Shown here: positions 8,902-19,100 of the stretch, piece after piece
Position numbering within the stretch: the stretch's first letter is position 1
Layout: every line of letters begins with the position of its first letter
Assembly (NCBI GenBank): GCA_965204755.1
Contig: OZ242011.1
Span: forward strand, 736,001-800,000
Direction of reading: 5' to 3'
Length of the DNA stretch: 64,000 nucleotides
DNA from: Candidatus Marinacidobacterium sp.
GTDB lineage: Bacteria > Acidobacteriota > Vicinamibacteria > Marinacidobacterales > Marinacidobacteraceae
The notes under the pieces: model-generated
Seen by the model: only the letters and a program-made list of their open reading frames with translations
Database searches by the model: none
Told to the model about the DNA's origin: nothing
Translations under genes and position numbers: made by a program

Positions 8902-8970
8902 GTGGCTCCGAGCGGAGACCGGGGCTTCTGCTGGACGCCGATGTCGCGTCGGATTGCGCGCGCCTCGGCT
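8889..8970 (+). pseudogene. Truncated PIN gene remnant behind XRE copy 3
   Basis: ATG 8889 has the same overlap geometry as 4580; MGRVGGSERRPGLLLDADVASDCA aligns to MGAVGGAAPKPGLLADANVVIDYA, then similarity ends. End coordinate approximate. Confidence 0.7.
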
Positions 8971-8998
8971 CTACGCGAAACGATGCGTCCCGGGCGGG

Positions 8999-9090
8999 CG
9001 CGGATCGACACCCTTCGCACCCACAGGATGCTCGGATCGAGACCCCTCCCATCCACCAGATGCGCCGATCGACACCCTTCGCGCTCACCG
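8999..9090. repeat. Three ~32-bp-period CGGATCGA-core repeats (same family as 19723-20014)
   Basis: Cores at 9001, 9033 and 9065, each followed by a C-rich tract (e.g. CACCCTTCGC). Confidence 0.7.
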
Positions 9091-9240
9091 GGCACGGGAC
9101 CGACGACCCGCGGCCCCGCACGCGCTAACCTTTGGTTCAAGATTTCTCTCCCGCCCCGCCTCCGGGGCTCTCCTGATGCGGCCGACGGGAAGTTTCCGCC
9201 GACTTCGCCCTGGGGCTGAGTTGGCGGCAGAGGGCGCAAC

Positions 9241-9486
9241 ATGTCACACGAACTCACTCCGATCATCGTCAACGGCCGCAGGCGGCAGGTTGAGTTCAAT
9301 GAACTCACCTTCAACGAACTGGTGGACCTCGCGTTCGACGACCCGGCGCGCGGGCCACAGATCCTCTTCACCATCACTTTCCGCAACGCGGCGCATCGCC
9401 TCGAGAACGGCGAACTCGATCCGGGGCGGACGCTCCGAGTCCAGGAAGACACCGAGATCGATGTCACTCGAACCGACCAGTCGTAG
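9241..9486 (+). CDS. Multi-ubiquitin-domain (beta-grasp, ubiquitin-like) protein
   Basis: IIVNGRRRQV, LTFNELVDLAF, FTITF, GELDPG, C-terminal DVTRTDQS resemble the bacterial Multi_ubiq family. Confidence 0.75.
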   Translation: MSHELTPIIVNGRRRQVEFNELTFNELVDLAFDDPARGPQILFTITFRNAAHRLENGELDPGRTLRVQEDTEIDVTRTDQS

Positions 9487-9542
9487 CTTGGACCTTCACC
9501 CCCTTCCGACCCGGTAAGGTTCCTCTTCTCCGACTTCGTTCG

Positions 9543-10724
9543 ATGTCTTCTGCGCAACGTCCCGCCGAGCGTCGCTTGCGCTATCGCCTCGGAGTCCGAT
9601 GGTTTACCTTTGTTTTCCGTCGCGCCGTCAAGACTCGGGACATCATCTTCGGGATTTCTTACATACGACTGCGAGACCACTTTGATCTACCGCTGGAAGA
9701 CGACACGAAGGATCCTCTCGTGAAGTCCGCGATTGCGGCATTCTACTCTTGGGTCGCAGATAGTGCCCCTGCTGTCGACAGGCTCGAGTACTTCCGCTGG
9801 CTTGATTCCGATCCCGATTCGCTCGCGAATCGCAAGACACACTATCGGATTCAGTATCGTCTTCGCTCACATGCGGAAGACGGAAAAATAATTGCCGCAC
9901 GATATCGTACGCTGTACGACGAGGACATCACGGAACCTGACGATGCGACAATACTCGAGACGCACTCCGCTCTCAAGAAGCAATTGCGCAAGATACGCAG
10001 ACGCTATCTGGAAAAGGTCGCCGTACGCATCCGACTTTCACTCAAGGATGTCGCTTACGCCACACCGGTGTTTTCGGTAATGATCGCGCTCGGTGGGTAT
10101 TTCTATACGTCCCGTGTGTACGCACACTTCGGTATCGTCGCAAGCCATTTCTTTACCGCCGGTGACTACTTGTCTGCCAGCGTCCACGCAGTGGAGGCCG
10201 CAGCGCTTTCCGCTGTCCTGTTTGTTGCGTCAATGACTTGGCGAGCCGTGGCCGATGCCAACCTGACGCGGTTCGAGAGAAAGAAGTATGCCGCTCAGAA
10301 TATCTGGCCACAAAGACTCATCATGTTCTCATGTATTTTCGCCTTGATTACAGCAGACGCCGACATGAGAGCTACGGGATGGTTCGGCGTAGCTCTGTTT
10401 GTCGTAGGAGTGAACGTTGTCACTTTCCTTCTGGATCGTATATTTCGTTCATCAATTTCGCTCGTCTCCACTGTGTCTGCCGCCGTCGTATTCGCGGCCA
10501 TGCTGTTTGTGCAATCCAATCAGACAATCAAGAAGATTGAACAAAGTGACGATGTTCGGAACTTTCGTGTACTCATGAGGGACTCCGAGTTCACGAGTGA
10601 CGACTATTCCATCGTTGGGTCCAGCGGAAAGTACCTGTTCCTATGGAAGCGAGATGATGGACAGGTGAAGGCAGTGCCTCATGCTGAGATCCGATGGATG
10701 TCGCTCTCCGAGAAGACCGAGTAA
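9543..10724 (+). CDS. Hypothetical multi-pass membrane protein, low GC
   Basis: Soluble N-terminal ~170 aa, about five hydrophobic segments, small beta-rich C-terminal domain; codon usage unlike the host; start uncertain. Confidence 0.7.
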   Translation: MSSAQRPAERRLRYRLGVRWFTFVFRRAVKTRDIIFGISYIRLRDHFDLPLEDDTKDPLVKSAIAAFYSWVADSAPAVDRLEYFRWLDSDPDSLANRKTHYRIQYRLRSHAEDGKIIAARYRTLYDEDITEPDDATILETHSALKKQLRKIRRRYLEKVAVRIRLSLKDVAYATPVFSVMIALGGYFYTSRVYAHFGIVASHFFTAGDYLSASVHAVEAAALSAVLFVASMTWRAVADANLTRFERKKYAAQNIWPQRLIMFSCIFALITADADMRATGWFGVALFVVGVNVVTFLLDRIFRSSISLVSTVSAAVVFAAMLFVQSNQTIKKIEQSDDVRNFRVLMRDSEFTSDDYSIVGSSGKYLFLWKRDDGQVKAVPHAEIRWMSLSEKTE

Positions 10725-10781
10725 GCGCGCACCGACCGTTGCACGTGCTCCGATATCTCAGTCCGTCCGCGGGATGGAGAG

Positions 10782-13700
10782 TTACTCGAAGAGTTTCTTC
10801 GGCCGGGAGGCTGCCTGGGAGCGGAGTCGGAACTCGTGCTTCGGTTCGGCGGCCAGGAGGTCGGCGGACGGGTCCCGCGCCGGCTGGCCTAGGGCCGACC
10901 ATCGGTGGTGTTCGGGCTGGGTGATGAGGTTGCGGGTGAGGAGGCGGTCGAGGACGCGTAGGCAGCCGGGCGAGTCGAGGTGGCCGGCCGAGCGGAGGAG
11001 TTGGAGGAAGGTGGGCCATTGGGTTCGTGGAGGGACGGCGCGGGAGCAGAGTTCGGCGACCAGGGCCGCTACGCCCTCATCGCCGAGGAGGCGGCGGGTG
11101 TATTCGTCTTCGAGGCGGGAGGCCAGCGCTCGGGCCAGGGAGTCGAGATCGCCCCCCTCGTCGTTCACCGGGGCGGTCTTGGCGATGCGGGCGGCGAGGC
11201 GCTCGCCGTAGGTCGCGGCGCCGAGGAGGTTGCGGGCGTGGAGGTGGGTCTCCCGTTCGCGCTCCTCCGGGGTCTGGACGAGTTGCCAGTCGTAGAAGCG
11301 GGGGCCGAGACGGCTGGCGACCGGTTGGTGTTCCTTCGCGCGGTCGTCGTGGCCGAGGCCATAGTCGGCAAGGCGCAGGGTCTCGGGGGCCATCCAGCCT
11401 TCGCCATGATTCTGGGCGAGGAACGCCTCAATCCCACTCTTTCGCTCGCCACCGGCCTCTTCAATCTTCTTCAAGAGATCGCGGAAGGCGACGACTGTCA
11501 GCACGGTGTGGCGCAGTTCGGGGTCCTTGTCCTTGTCCACGCGCCAAAAACCCTTGGCATCCAGTTCCCCAGCCAGGAACGAACCTTTGATGTTCGCCTG
11601 CGGAAGATCGCAGCGTTGCAATATTCGATGCACATCCTTCAGATCGAGACGAAACGCTACGAACATCACTGCCTCGATTACACAGCGAAGACGAACGCGT
11701 TCGTGTTCGGTCAGCGCTGGGAGCGTGTCGTTGAGTATTAGGGAGGAAGAGCAGAGTGACGAGTGACAAAGGTGTCCCAGTAGGGGTTGGACGCGGCCCA
11801 CTTCCCAAGTGTCCGGTTGTGGAAGGGGAGTCTCCGCCAGCACGAACCAGCTGGCGTCGAGCCCCGAGAGCCGAACACGCAGGCAATAGTCGTAGGCGAA
11901 CGAGTTCAGCACACCACTCAGCGTCGAGCACCATGCCGAGTCGAGGTTCAAGACGCTGACCTTGTGGCCACACGGCACCTGACCCAGAGGCGTCGCGATC
12001 ATTGCTCGTTCGTTTGTCGAAGAAGTGATCGCCATCGCCGCCACCTTCAGATCGGACGATTTCGACTCAGAACGGGTCGTTGACGCCATCAAGTACTGCG
12101 GTTCGATCTGCTTGTCTCGCCACGGTATCTTCCGCCACACTGCCCGGCGCCCCCGGCCGCTGACCCATCCCTTCTTGCTGATGTCGAACTGGCCGATCAT
12201 TCGACCCTCATAGAGCGGTAGAGCGATGGCCTCGATTCCAGCCTCGTGAATCCATTCTCCCCCACCCCGCGAAAGGACGACTCCCGCCGGAAGACGTTCC
12301 CGTTCAATGCCGCTGGCGGGCAATCGCCCTCGCAGATCGTCGATCGGACGCCAGTTGCCGAGGATCCACCGGCTGTATTCGTCGGGCCGGTAGCCCTCTT
12401 TCTCCCACTCGGGACGAGGCGGGAACAGTTCGGAGTCGCCGGTCATGTCGAATTCTCGTTCGTACCGGATTTGCCAGCCGGCCCGGCTTTCGCTGCCCAG
12501 AAGGACGGTGTGCCCATAGATCTTCCCTAGAATCTCCAAGTCTTGCCGTGACTGGATTTCAAGTATGACCCGGCTTTCGGGACTGAAGCGTCGCACTTGG
12601 TCTCCGTCGTACGGAATCGCGTGTTCTTCGGCTCGCTCCCAATCCGCGAGGTCATGGCGCATGAATGCCGTCCGGATAGTCTTGGTAACGCCGGACTTCT
12701 CTACGACGATCGGGCTGAATTTTTGGCGCTCGTCGATGGGGAAGATCCGTCGGCGGTTTTCGATGCTGAACAGCCACTCCCAACGGCAGCGTCCGAGGAA
12801 GTGGTCGCGGAGGTCGCGGGTGCCGTGATCTGAGTAGAGACCAGAAGGAACGAGCAAGCCCAGACGCCCGTGCGGCTGCAGTAAGCCCAGCGACGACTCC
12901 AAGAAGAGTTTGTAGAGATTCAGGTCGGCCGAGCCTTGACGGCGGAAGGGGTGTTCCTCGTCGCAGTAGGCGAGGGCCGTGCGCCTCAGTTCACGCCAAC
13001 GACTGTGGAGTTCATTACCCAATTTGCCGGAGGCGATAGAAAAGCGCTGTGACGACTTCTCGGCGACCTCGGGGTCGCCGAAGGGGCGGGCGGCATGGGA
13101 AGCGAAGTTCGATCTGGCGCGGAAATCGGACAGATAGTCGAGCCACCGGTCTTCGATGTCGTCGTCCTCGAAGTAGCGCTTCTGATTCTTCAGGGCCTCC
13201 TGCTTGCCGTAAGAGCGGTAGAGGGGATCGTGGTCCGAGAAAAACTCCATCGAAATCGGCTTAGCGACATCCCACGGAGGATTGCCGAGGACGGCGGAGA
13301 AACCCGCACCATCCTCGCGGAAGACATCGGGGAACTCCAACTCCCAGTGGAAGAAGCGCATTTGTTCGGCGATGCGCTGCGCCGCTCTTCGGGTCTTCGG
13401 CGTAGGCTTGGCCAAGTCCGCCGGAAGCGGAGCAGAGTCCAAGTCGTTGGCCGGCCAGAACCAGCAGGCGCACCATCGGTCCATCGCTTCCTTGAGCGAT
13501 TGCCAAGCAGAGGAGCCGAGGAACTCACGCCGATAGCGGTCAGCCAGCACCGCAGGGTCACGCACTGGCAACGAGTGGAGGAGTTGCAGCGTTGTTTGGG
13601 CCTCGTCATGGGCGTCCGCGATCTTCGCCAAGTGGTCCTCTTGGTCGAACAGGGTAGGGGCACTCAGGAACTCGCGCAGGTGCGGCTTGAGCCGTTTCAC

Positions 13701-16157
13701 CACGAAGTCCTTGATCGACCTGGCGCGAGCACCTTTCTCGAAGTGCACCCAGTTTCCGTGATTCTCGTCGCCGCCCTTCCGGTTTTTCCAAGCCATCACC
13801 GGGTAGTGGCGGAACTGGTCGAACCAGGCGCCGATGAGGGCGTTGCCGCATTTGATCTTGTGGTCGAGGAAGCCGAAGGGGAGTTCCCGGTCCATGGTCT
13901 CGATCCAGAGGGACAGGCGGCAGAGTTCCACGGCCAGGGGATCGAGGTCCACCGCGTAGATGCAGCGCTCGACGACATAGCGGCGGAGGACGGCCTTCAG
14001 GCGGGGCTCGAAGTCGTCGGCGTCCGGGGGCGCGGGAATGAGTTCCTCCGTCGCGCGGTCGCTGGCGCCGTCGGACAGGCCGAGGAGGCGGACGAGGGAC
14101 GCTTCGCCCCGGGGTTCGATCCGTCCGTGGAAGCGGAGGGAGTCGTAGAGCGCGTCCGTCAGGAAACGCAGCGCCGCCAGCGGGAAGGTGCCGGAGCCGC
14201 AGGCGGGATCGCAGACGGTGATCCGCAGGATGTCTTCGGGTTTCTTCGGTGACCACTTCGGACCGGGGGCGAAGCGGTCGGGTTCGCCGTCCTCGCCCGT
14301 CGGGGGATCGAAGGCGAGGGGGCGCAGCGTGCGCTGGACGGTCGGGATCGCGAGGCCGGGGCGGGTGTAGAAACTGCCGGAACCCTTGCGGGTGCCGCCC
14401 CAGCGCACGAGATACCACTCGCCGGGGGGCACGAGGCGGGCGACCAGGCGGTCGGCGGCAGCGGCGATCTCCCGCTCGCGGGTCAGTCGGTGTTCAGAGG
14501 TCAATCGTCCGCGCGGCTTCTTGACCAACCTGGCCGCTTCGACGGCGCGGAGCGCCCAGCGGCGGGCGCGTTCGCGGTATTCCGCGCCCTCGTCCGCCGG
14601 CGATTCGTCGTCCGGGGTTTCGTCGGCGTCTCCGGCGGCTTCCGGTTCGTCCGCCTTCGCGGCGTCTTCGGCGGTCGCTTCTTCCGGCTCGGCGTCATCG
14701 GCGGCGGAAGACGGCTTCTTCAACTTCTCGAAGAGCGCCTTCAGCGCCTTGTCCTCCATCTCTTCGAGGCGGGACAGCGGGAGCGCCGGGCGGTCGCCGA
14801 CCGGGAGGAAGACCACCGGGTCGTCCTCGGCGGCAGTCTTCAACTCGTAGTCGAGCAGTCCTTCGTAGAGGACGCCGATGTATTCCGACGAAAGGTCGGA
14901 GAAGTCCACCGGCGCGGCGACGACGGCGCTCGTTCGCCCCTTCCGCACGCGGATGCGCGTCCGGGTGAGGAGCCGCAGCATCGTATTCACCTGCTGGTCG
15001 GACGCCGTCTCGCTGTCGAAGCACGCGGTTTCGAAGACGGAGAGCGCCCGCGATACCCCCTCCGCGGAGTCGGGGGCGCCGGGGGCGAAGAGTTCTCCGC
15101 CGTATCGGGTGACCGGGAGTTCGGAGTGCGAGCAGCCTTCGAACACCAGGCGGAAGAGGGCCAGCAGGCGCGGCCAGGCGGCGGTGCGGTCGGAGAGCGG
15201 GCGGCCGGCCGCCTCGTGGCGCTGCAAGCGGTCGCGCAACGCGGTGAGGCCGTAGGCGGCGTCGTAGAGCGCGTTGTCGCGGGGGAGGAGGTCGCGGGAC
15301 TCGGCGTAGAGGACGACGACCATGCGCATCGCCACGCGGCAGGCGGCGCGGTAGATGTCCGCCGGGTCGGTTTCGCCGGCGATCCGCTTGAGCGGCTCGC
15401 CGTGGCTGCGGATCAGGATCTCCACCGCTTCGCGGACGCGTTCGCCGAGTTCTTCCGAGACAGCCGCCTGCCCCTTGCGGGTATCGCGGATCGCGCGGAG
15501 GAGCGGCGCGTCCTTTCCTTCCGTTTCGGGCGTCCAGGGCGGCGGGGACAGCAGGGTTCGCAGGGTTTCGACCTGGGGCGCGAGGCCGCCTTCCTCGAAG
15601 AAGGACTCGACGGTCCACTCGCACCACGCCTCGTAGTCCAGCCCGGCGAAGACCAAGCGCCATTCGCGCCCGTTGGTCAGGAGGGCCAGGTGCTCGCCGC
15701 CGTTCCGCAGCCATTCGACGACGCGGCTCATCTCGCGCCGGCCCTTGCCGACGCCGAGGCGCTGGCCCCGGTCGAAGAACACCGGCAGGCGGGCGCCGTT
15801 GCGGCCGGTCCACCGGGAACGCGGCTTCGCGAGTTCGCCGGTGAGGGCGCGGCGGCCTTCCTCCGCGGGAACCTCGTTGCCGCGCGTCCAGCCGCCCGAA
15901 CGGGCGAAACCGCAGACTTCGTCCAGCGTGTAGTTGACGAAGCGGCTGGCGGCGGCGGGGTCCTTCGAGTCGCCGAGCGCGTCGGCGAGCCGGCGGAACC
16001 GGGACTCGACGAGCCCGGTCAACGGCTCCTTCGGGACGAACTTCGCGAGTTCCGCCGCGCGGGCGGCGTCGAACAGCAGGCCGCCGTGGCGCAGGCGGTC
16101 CCAGCCGGGGAGTTGGAACTCGTCCGCCGCGCGGGAAGAGGGGCGCGGCCGCTTCAT
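10782..16157 (-). CDS. Large N6-adenine DNA methyltransferase (DrmMI/Eco57I type IIG-like), ~1791 aa
   Basis: True start ATG 16157 overlaps the SNF2 stop (ATGA); GSFYT, DPACGSGTF (SAM binding), GNPPW (catalytic), FFHWELEFPDVF, DLNLYKLF, PLYEGRMI. The first ~920 aa of the 2714-aa ORF are an off-frame overlap with the SNF2 gene. Confidence 0.92.
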   Translation of the reverse strand: MKRPRPSSRAADEFQLPGWDRLRHGGLLFDAARAAELAKFVPKEPLTGLVESRFRRLADALGDSKDPAAASRFVNYTLDEVCGFARSGGWTRGNEVPAEEGRRALTGELAKPRSRWTGRNGARLPVFFDRGQRLGVGKGRREMSRVVEWLRNGGEHLALLTNGREWRLVFAGLDYEAWCEWTVESFFEEGGLAPQVETLRTLLSPPPWTPETEGKDAPLLRAIRDTRKGQAAVSEELGERVREAVEILIRSHGEPLKRIAGETDPADIYRAACRVAMRMVVVLYAESRDLLPRDNALYDAAYGLTALRDRLQRHEAAGRPLSDRTAAWPRLLALFRLVFEGCSHSELPVTRYGGELFAPGAPDSAEGVSRALSVFETACFDSETASDQQVNTMLRLLTRTRIRVRKGRTSAVVAAPVDFSDLSSEYIGVLYEGLLDYELKTAAEDDPVVFLPVGDRPALPLSRLEEMEDKALKALFEKLKKPSSAADDAEPEEATAEDAAKADEPEAAGDADETPDDESPADEGAEYRERARRWALRAVEAARLVKKPRGRLTSEHRLTREREIAAAADRLVARLVPPGEWYLVRWGGTRKGSGSFYTRPGLAIPTVQRTLRPLAFDPPTGEDGEPDRFAPGPKWSPKKPEDILRITVCDPACGSGTFPLAALRFLTDALYDSLRFHGRIEPRGEASLVRLLGLSDGASDRATEELIPAPPDADDFEPRLKAVLRRYVVERCIYAVDLDPLAVELCRLSLWIETMDRELPFGFLDHKIKCGNALIGAWFDQFRHYPVMAWKNRKGGDENHGNWVHFEKGARARSIKDFVVKRLKPHLREFLSAPTLFDQEDHLAKIADAHDEAQTTLQLLHSLPVRDPAVLADRYRREFLGSSAWQSLKEAMDRWCACWFWPANDLDSAPLPADLAKPTPKTRRAAQRIAEQMRFFHWELEFPDVFREDGAGFSAVLGNPPWDVAKPISMEFFSDHDPLYRSYGKQEALKNQKRYFEDDDIEDRWLDYLSDFRARSNFASHAARPFGDPEVAEKSSQRFSIASGKLGNELHSRWRELRRTALAYCDEEHPFRRQGSADLNLYKLFLESSLGLLQPHGRLGLLVPSGLYSDHGTRDLRDHFLGRCRWEWLFSIENRRRIFPIDERQKFSPIVVEKSGVTKTIRTAFMRHDLADWERAEEHAIPYDGDQVRRFSPESRVILEIQSRQDLEILGKIYGHTVLLGSESRAGWQIRYEREFDMTGDSELFPPRPEWEKEGYRPDEYSRWILGNWRPIDDLRGRLPASGIERERLPAGVVLSRGGGEWIHEAGIEAIALPLYEGRMIGQFDISKKGWVSGRGRRAVWRKIPWRDKQIEPQYLMASTTRSESKSSDLKVAAMAITSSTNERAMIATPLGQVPCGHKVSVLNLDSAWCSTLSGVLNSFAYDYCLRVRLSGLDASWFVLAETPLPQPDTWEVGRVQPLLGHLCHSSLCSSSLILNDTLPALTEHERVRLRCVIEAVMFVAFRLDLKDVHRILQRCDLPQANIKGSFLAGELDAKGFWRVDKDKDPELRHTVLTVVAFRDLLKKIEEAGGERKSGIEAFLAQNHGEGWMAPETLRLADYGLGHDDRAKEHQPVASRLGPRFYDWQLVQTPEERERETHLHARNLLGAATYGERLAARIAKTAPVNDEGGDLDSLARALASRLEDEYTRRLLGDEGVAALVAELCSRAVPPRTQWPTFLQLLRSAGHLDSPGCLRVLDRLLTRNLITQPEHHRWSALGQPARDPSADLLAAEPKHEFRLRSQAASRPKKLFE

Positions 16158-19100
16158 CCGGGTTTCTCCGGGAAGCGGATTTCGACGGTTACCGGGAACA
16201 CCTGGACTTCGCCGGCGAGCGAGTAGCGGGCGGGCACCAGACGGTTCAGGATGCGGTCGCGTTCTTCGGCGAGGTTCCGGCGAAGCGCCTCGTGGCCTTC
16301 GAGCGTGCGCCGGTGTTCTTCTTCGAGGAGGTCCCGCGAACGGGAGATGCGGGCGGCGCGCTCCTCGGCGTCGAACAACATGCGGCGCCGGCTCTCTTCC
16401 TTCAGGGCTTCGAGGTCGCGCGCGATCCGGTCCAGTTTGTTCCCGGTGATGAGTTCGGACACTTCGGCCTGGCGGCGGTCGTATTCCTCGGTCTCGCGCC
16501 GCTTCGCCGTTGCGCCGCGCCGCTCCAGCGCCGCCCGGATGTCCCGGCCCAACCGGTAGCGGTGGGTCGAGAGACGCTTCTTGAGCGCCGGGACGACCTC
16601 GTCCAGCAGTTCGCGGGCGTCCTCGTCTTCCGGGTCGTGGACGGACTCGGCGGCGGCGATACCCCGGGTGGTTTCGTCCGGCAGCGCCTCGCCCAGTTCG
16701 CCGCCGCGCACCGGGAACGCGAGCGTGCGCACCCAGCGGTGGAACGGCTCGCGCAGTTCGTTCACGGCGAACTCCTCGACGCTGAACAGCGCGACCGCCT
16801 CCGCGCCGCGCGCCGCTCCGGGCAGGGTCTCCGGAGTAAACCCGCCGCGGCGCGCCGTCCAGCGGGAAACCGTCACCCCGGTCCCGGTCCCGGTCCTCGA
16901 ATACCGCCGCCGCGCCAGCACGGCGAGCGAGCGGCGGAGCAGCGGGTGCGCCAGGTGCACGAGTTGCATCTCCGGGCGGGGCCGGAAGACGGTGAGCGAA
17001 CCGCAGGCTTCGAGGAACGGTCGCTCGTCGAAGGCGAGGCGCGGCATCGGGCCGAGGCCGGCGCCGTTCGCCGAGAGGCGCACTTCGCTGTCGAAGACTT
17101 CGCGCCAGCCGGGGAGGTCGGGGTTCGCCACGGTGAACGCGCCCGGCTGGTTCGGGGCGGGAGCGAGGGGGCGGGCGCCGCCGGCGGTCCCGAGCGCGGC
17201 GGCGAGGGTATGGCGGAGCGCGTCGGGGTGGAGGTCGAGCCGCGCCGCGAAGTCGGCGACGCCGGTGGTCGCGCTTTCGTCGGCGTCGGACTGGGCGTCG
17301 TACCGGGCGCTGTCCCGCGCGGTTTCGAGGCTGCGTTCGAACTCCGGTTCCACGAGTTTCGGTTGTTCGCCGCGAATGAGCCGGCGATGCACGGCGCGGT
17401 CGAACACCTCGTTGACCGAGCCCAGGTCGTCGCGCATCTCGTTGGCCTTCTCCACCAGCCGGGCGAGGAACGCGAGGTCCGGGTCGCTCCCGCTCAGGAA
17501 GTGGTGGATCGAGACATCGCGGCCTTGCCCGTAGCGGTCGAGCCGGCCGTTCCGCTGCTCGAGGCGCGAGGGATTCCAGGGGCAGTCGTAGTGGAGGAGG
17601 CGGCGGGCGGTGCGCTGCAGGTTCAGCCCTTCGGAAGCGGCGTCGGTGGCGACCAGGATCCGCACGGGAGCGCCGGGGTCGTTGAACGCGCCCTTGACCG
17701 CCTCGCGGTCGTCTTCGCCCATACCTTCCGCGCCGCCGGCGCCGAACAGGGTGAGGACGCGCTCTTCGGGGTATCGCTCGCGCAGCCGGCGGGTGAGGTA
17801 GTCGAGCGTGGTCTTGTATTCCGTGAAGACGATGAGGCGTTCGTCGTCGCGGAAGGCGCCGCCGCCGCGGAGGCGGTCTTCGATGAGGCGAGTGAGCGCG
17901 TCGAGGCGGGTGTCGGCGGCGGGGTCCTGTTCGACCGTGGGCGCGCCGGCGAGGTCGAAGCCGAGGGATTCGAGAGCGGTGCGGAGGCGCGCGATCTGCG
18001 GGCGGAGGTCGGCTTCGTAGTTCCCGAGCCAAGAACCGGTGACTTCGGCGGCGACGGCTTCGCGGCGTTCGGTCTCGCGGTCGTCGCCGGTGTCCCGGTC
18101 GAGCGAGCGCTTTTCCGCCATGAGTTGCGCGTCCTCGGCGGGCTGGTCGGCGAGGCCGGCGAGGACGCGCCGCCAGGACTCGGCGAAGGCGGTCGGGCAG
18201 GAGAGGAGGCGCTTGTTCAGGACTTCGACCGCGAAGTTGCCGGCGCGGCGGCGGCCGTCCTCGGTCGCGCGGACGAGTTGGTGGAGGCGCGCGCGGAAGT
18301 CGGAGAAGGCGGCGGAGAGTTCCGCTTCGAGGGGATCGTCGCGGAGGCGGAGCGCTTCGGGAGGGAGGCGGCGGCAGAAGCGGCGCGGTTCCCGGGTGGC
18401 GCCTTCGCCGGGATCGCCGTTCGAGGACGGGTCGAGGTGGCGCTTGAGCCGGCGGATCACCACTTCGCCGGTGCGGCGGCGGAGGGCCGGGGTCATGCGC
18501 GAAGTGCGGTGGAAGCGCACCGGGTCGAGCATCTCCAGCAGGCCGGTGAACGAGCGGGTATGCCCGTTGTGCGGCGTCGCCGAGAGGAAGAGGCGGTGCT
18601 CGAAGTGGGGCGTGATCTCGCGCAGCGTCCGGCAGAGTTCGCTGTCTTCGCCGACCGGGGCCGGCATCAGGTTGTGGCATTCGTCCACGATGAGCAGGTC
18701 CCAGGGCAGCCGGGGCGACTGCGGCGCGCCTTCGGGCCGGCGGTGGGCGGCGCGGAACTGCTCGCGGATCTCCGGCTGGCGGAGGTAGTGGTAGGAAGCG
18801 ACGATCCGGTCGTGCGAGCGCCAGGGGTTCGCGTCCATTCCCAGCGAGCGGCGCAGGTGTTCCGTCTCGCGCCGGTCCACGATCTCGAAACGGAGCGCGA
18901 ACTTCTCGCGCATCTCTTCCTTCCACTGGCGGCGCAGCGAGGCCGGCGTGAGGACGAGGACGCGGCGGATGCGCCGGCGGAGCAGCAACTCGGCGAGGAT
19001 CAGCCCGGCCTCGACGGTCTTGCCGAGCCCCACATCGTCGGCGATGAGCAGGTTCACGCGGGGCATCCGCAGCGCCTTCACCAGCGGGACGAGTTGGTAG

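Noticed and set aside
16158-18926. Apparent 2714-aa giant methyltransferase or SNF2-MTase fusion
   Set aside because: The N-terminal ~920 aa is Arg/Pro-rich off-frame translation over the SNF2 gene; the real start is ATG 16157.
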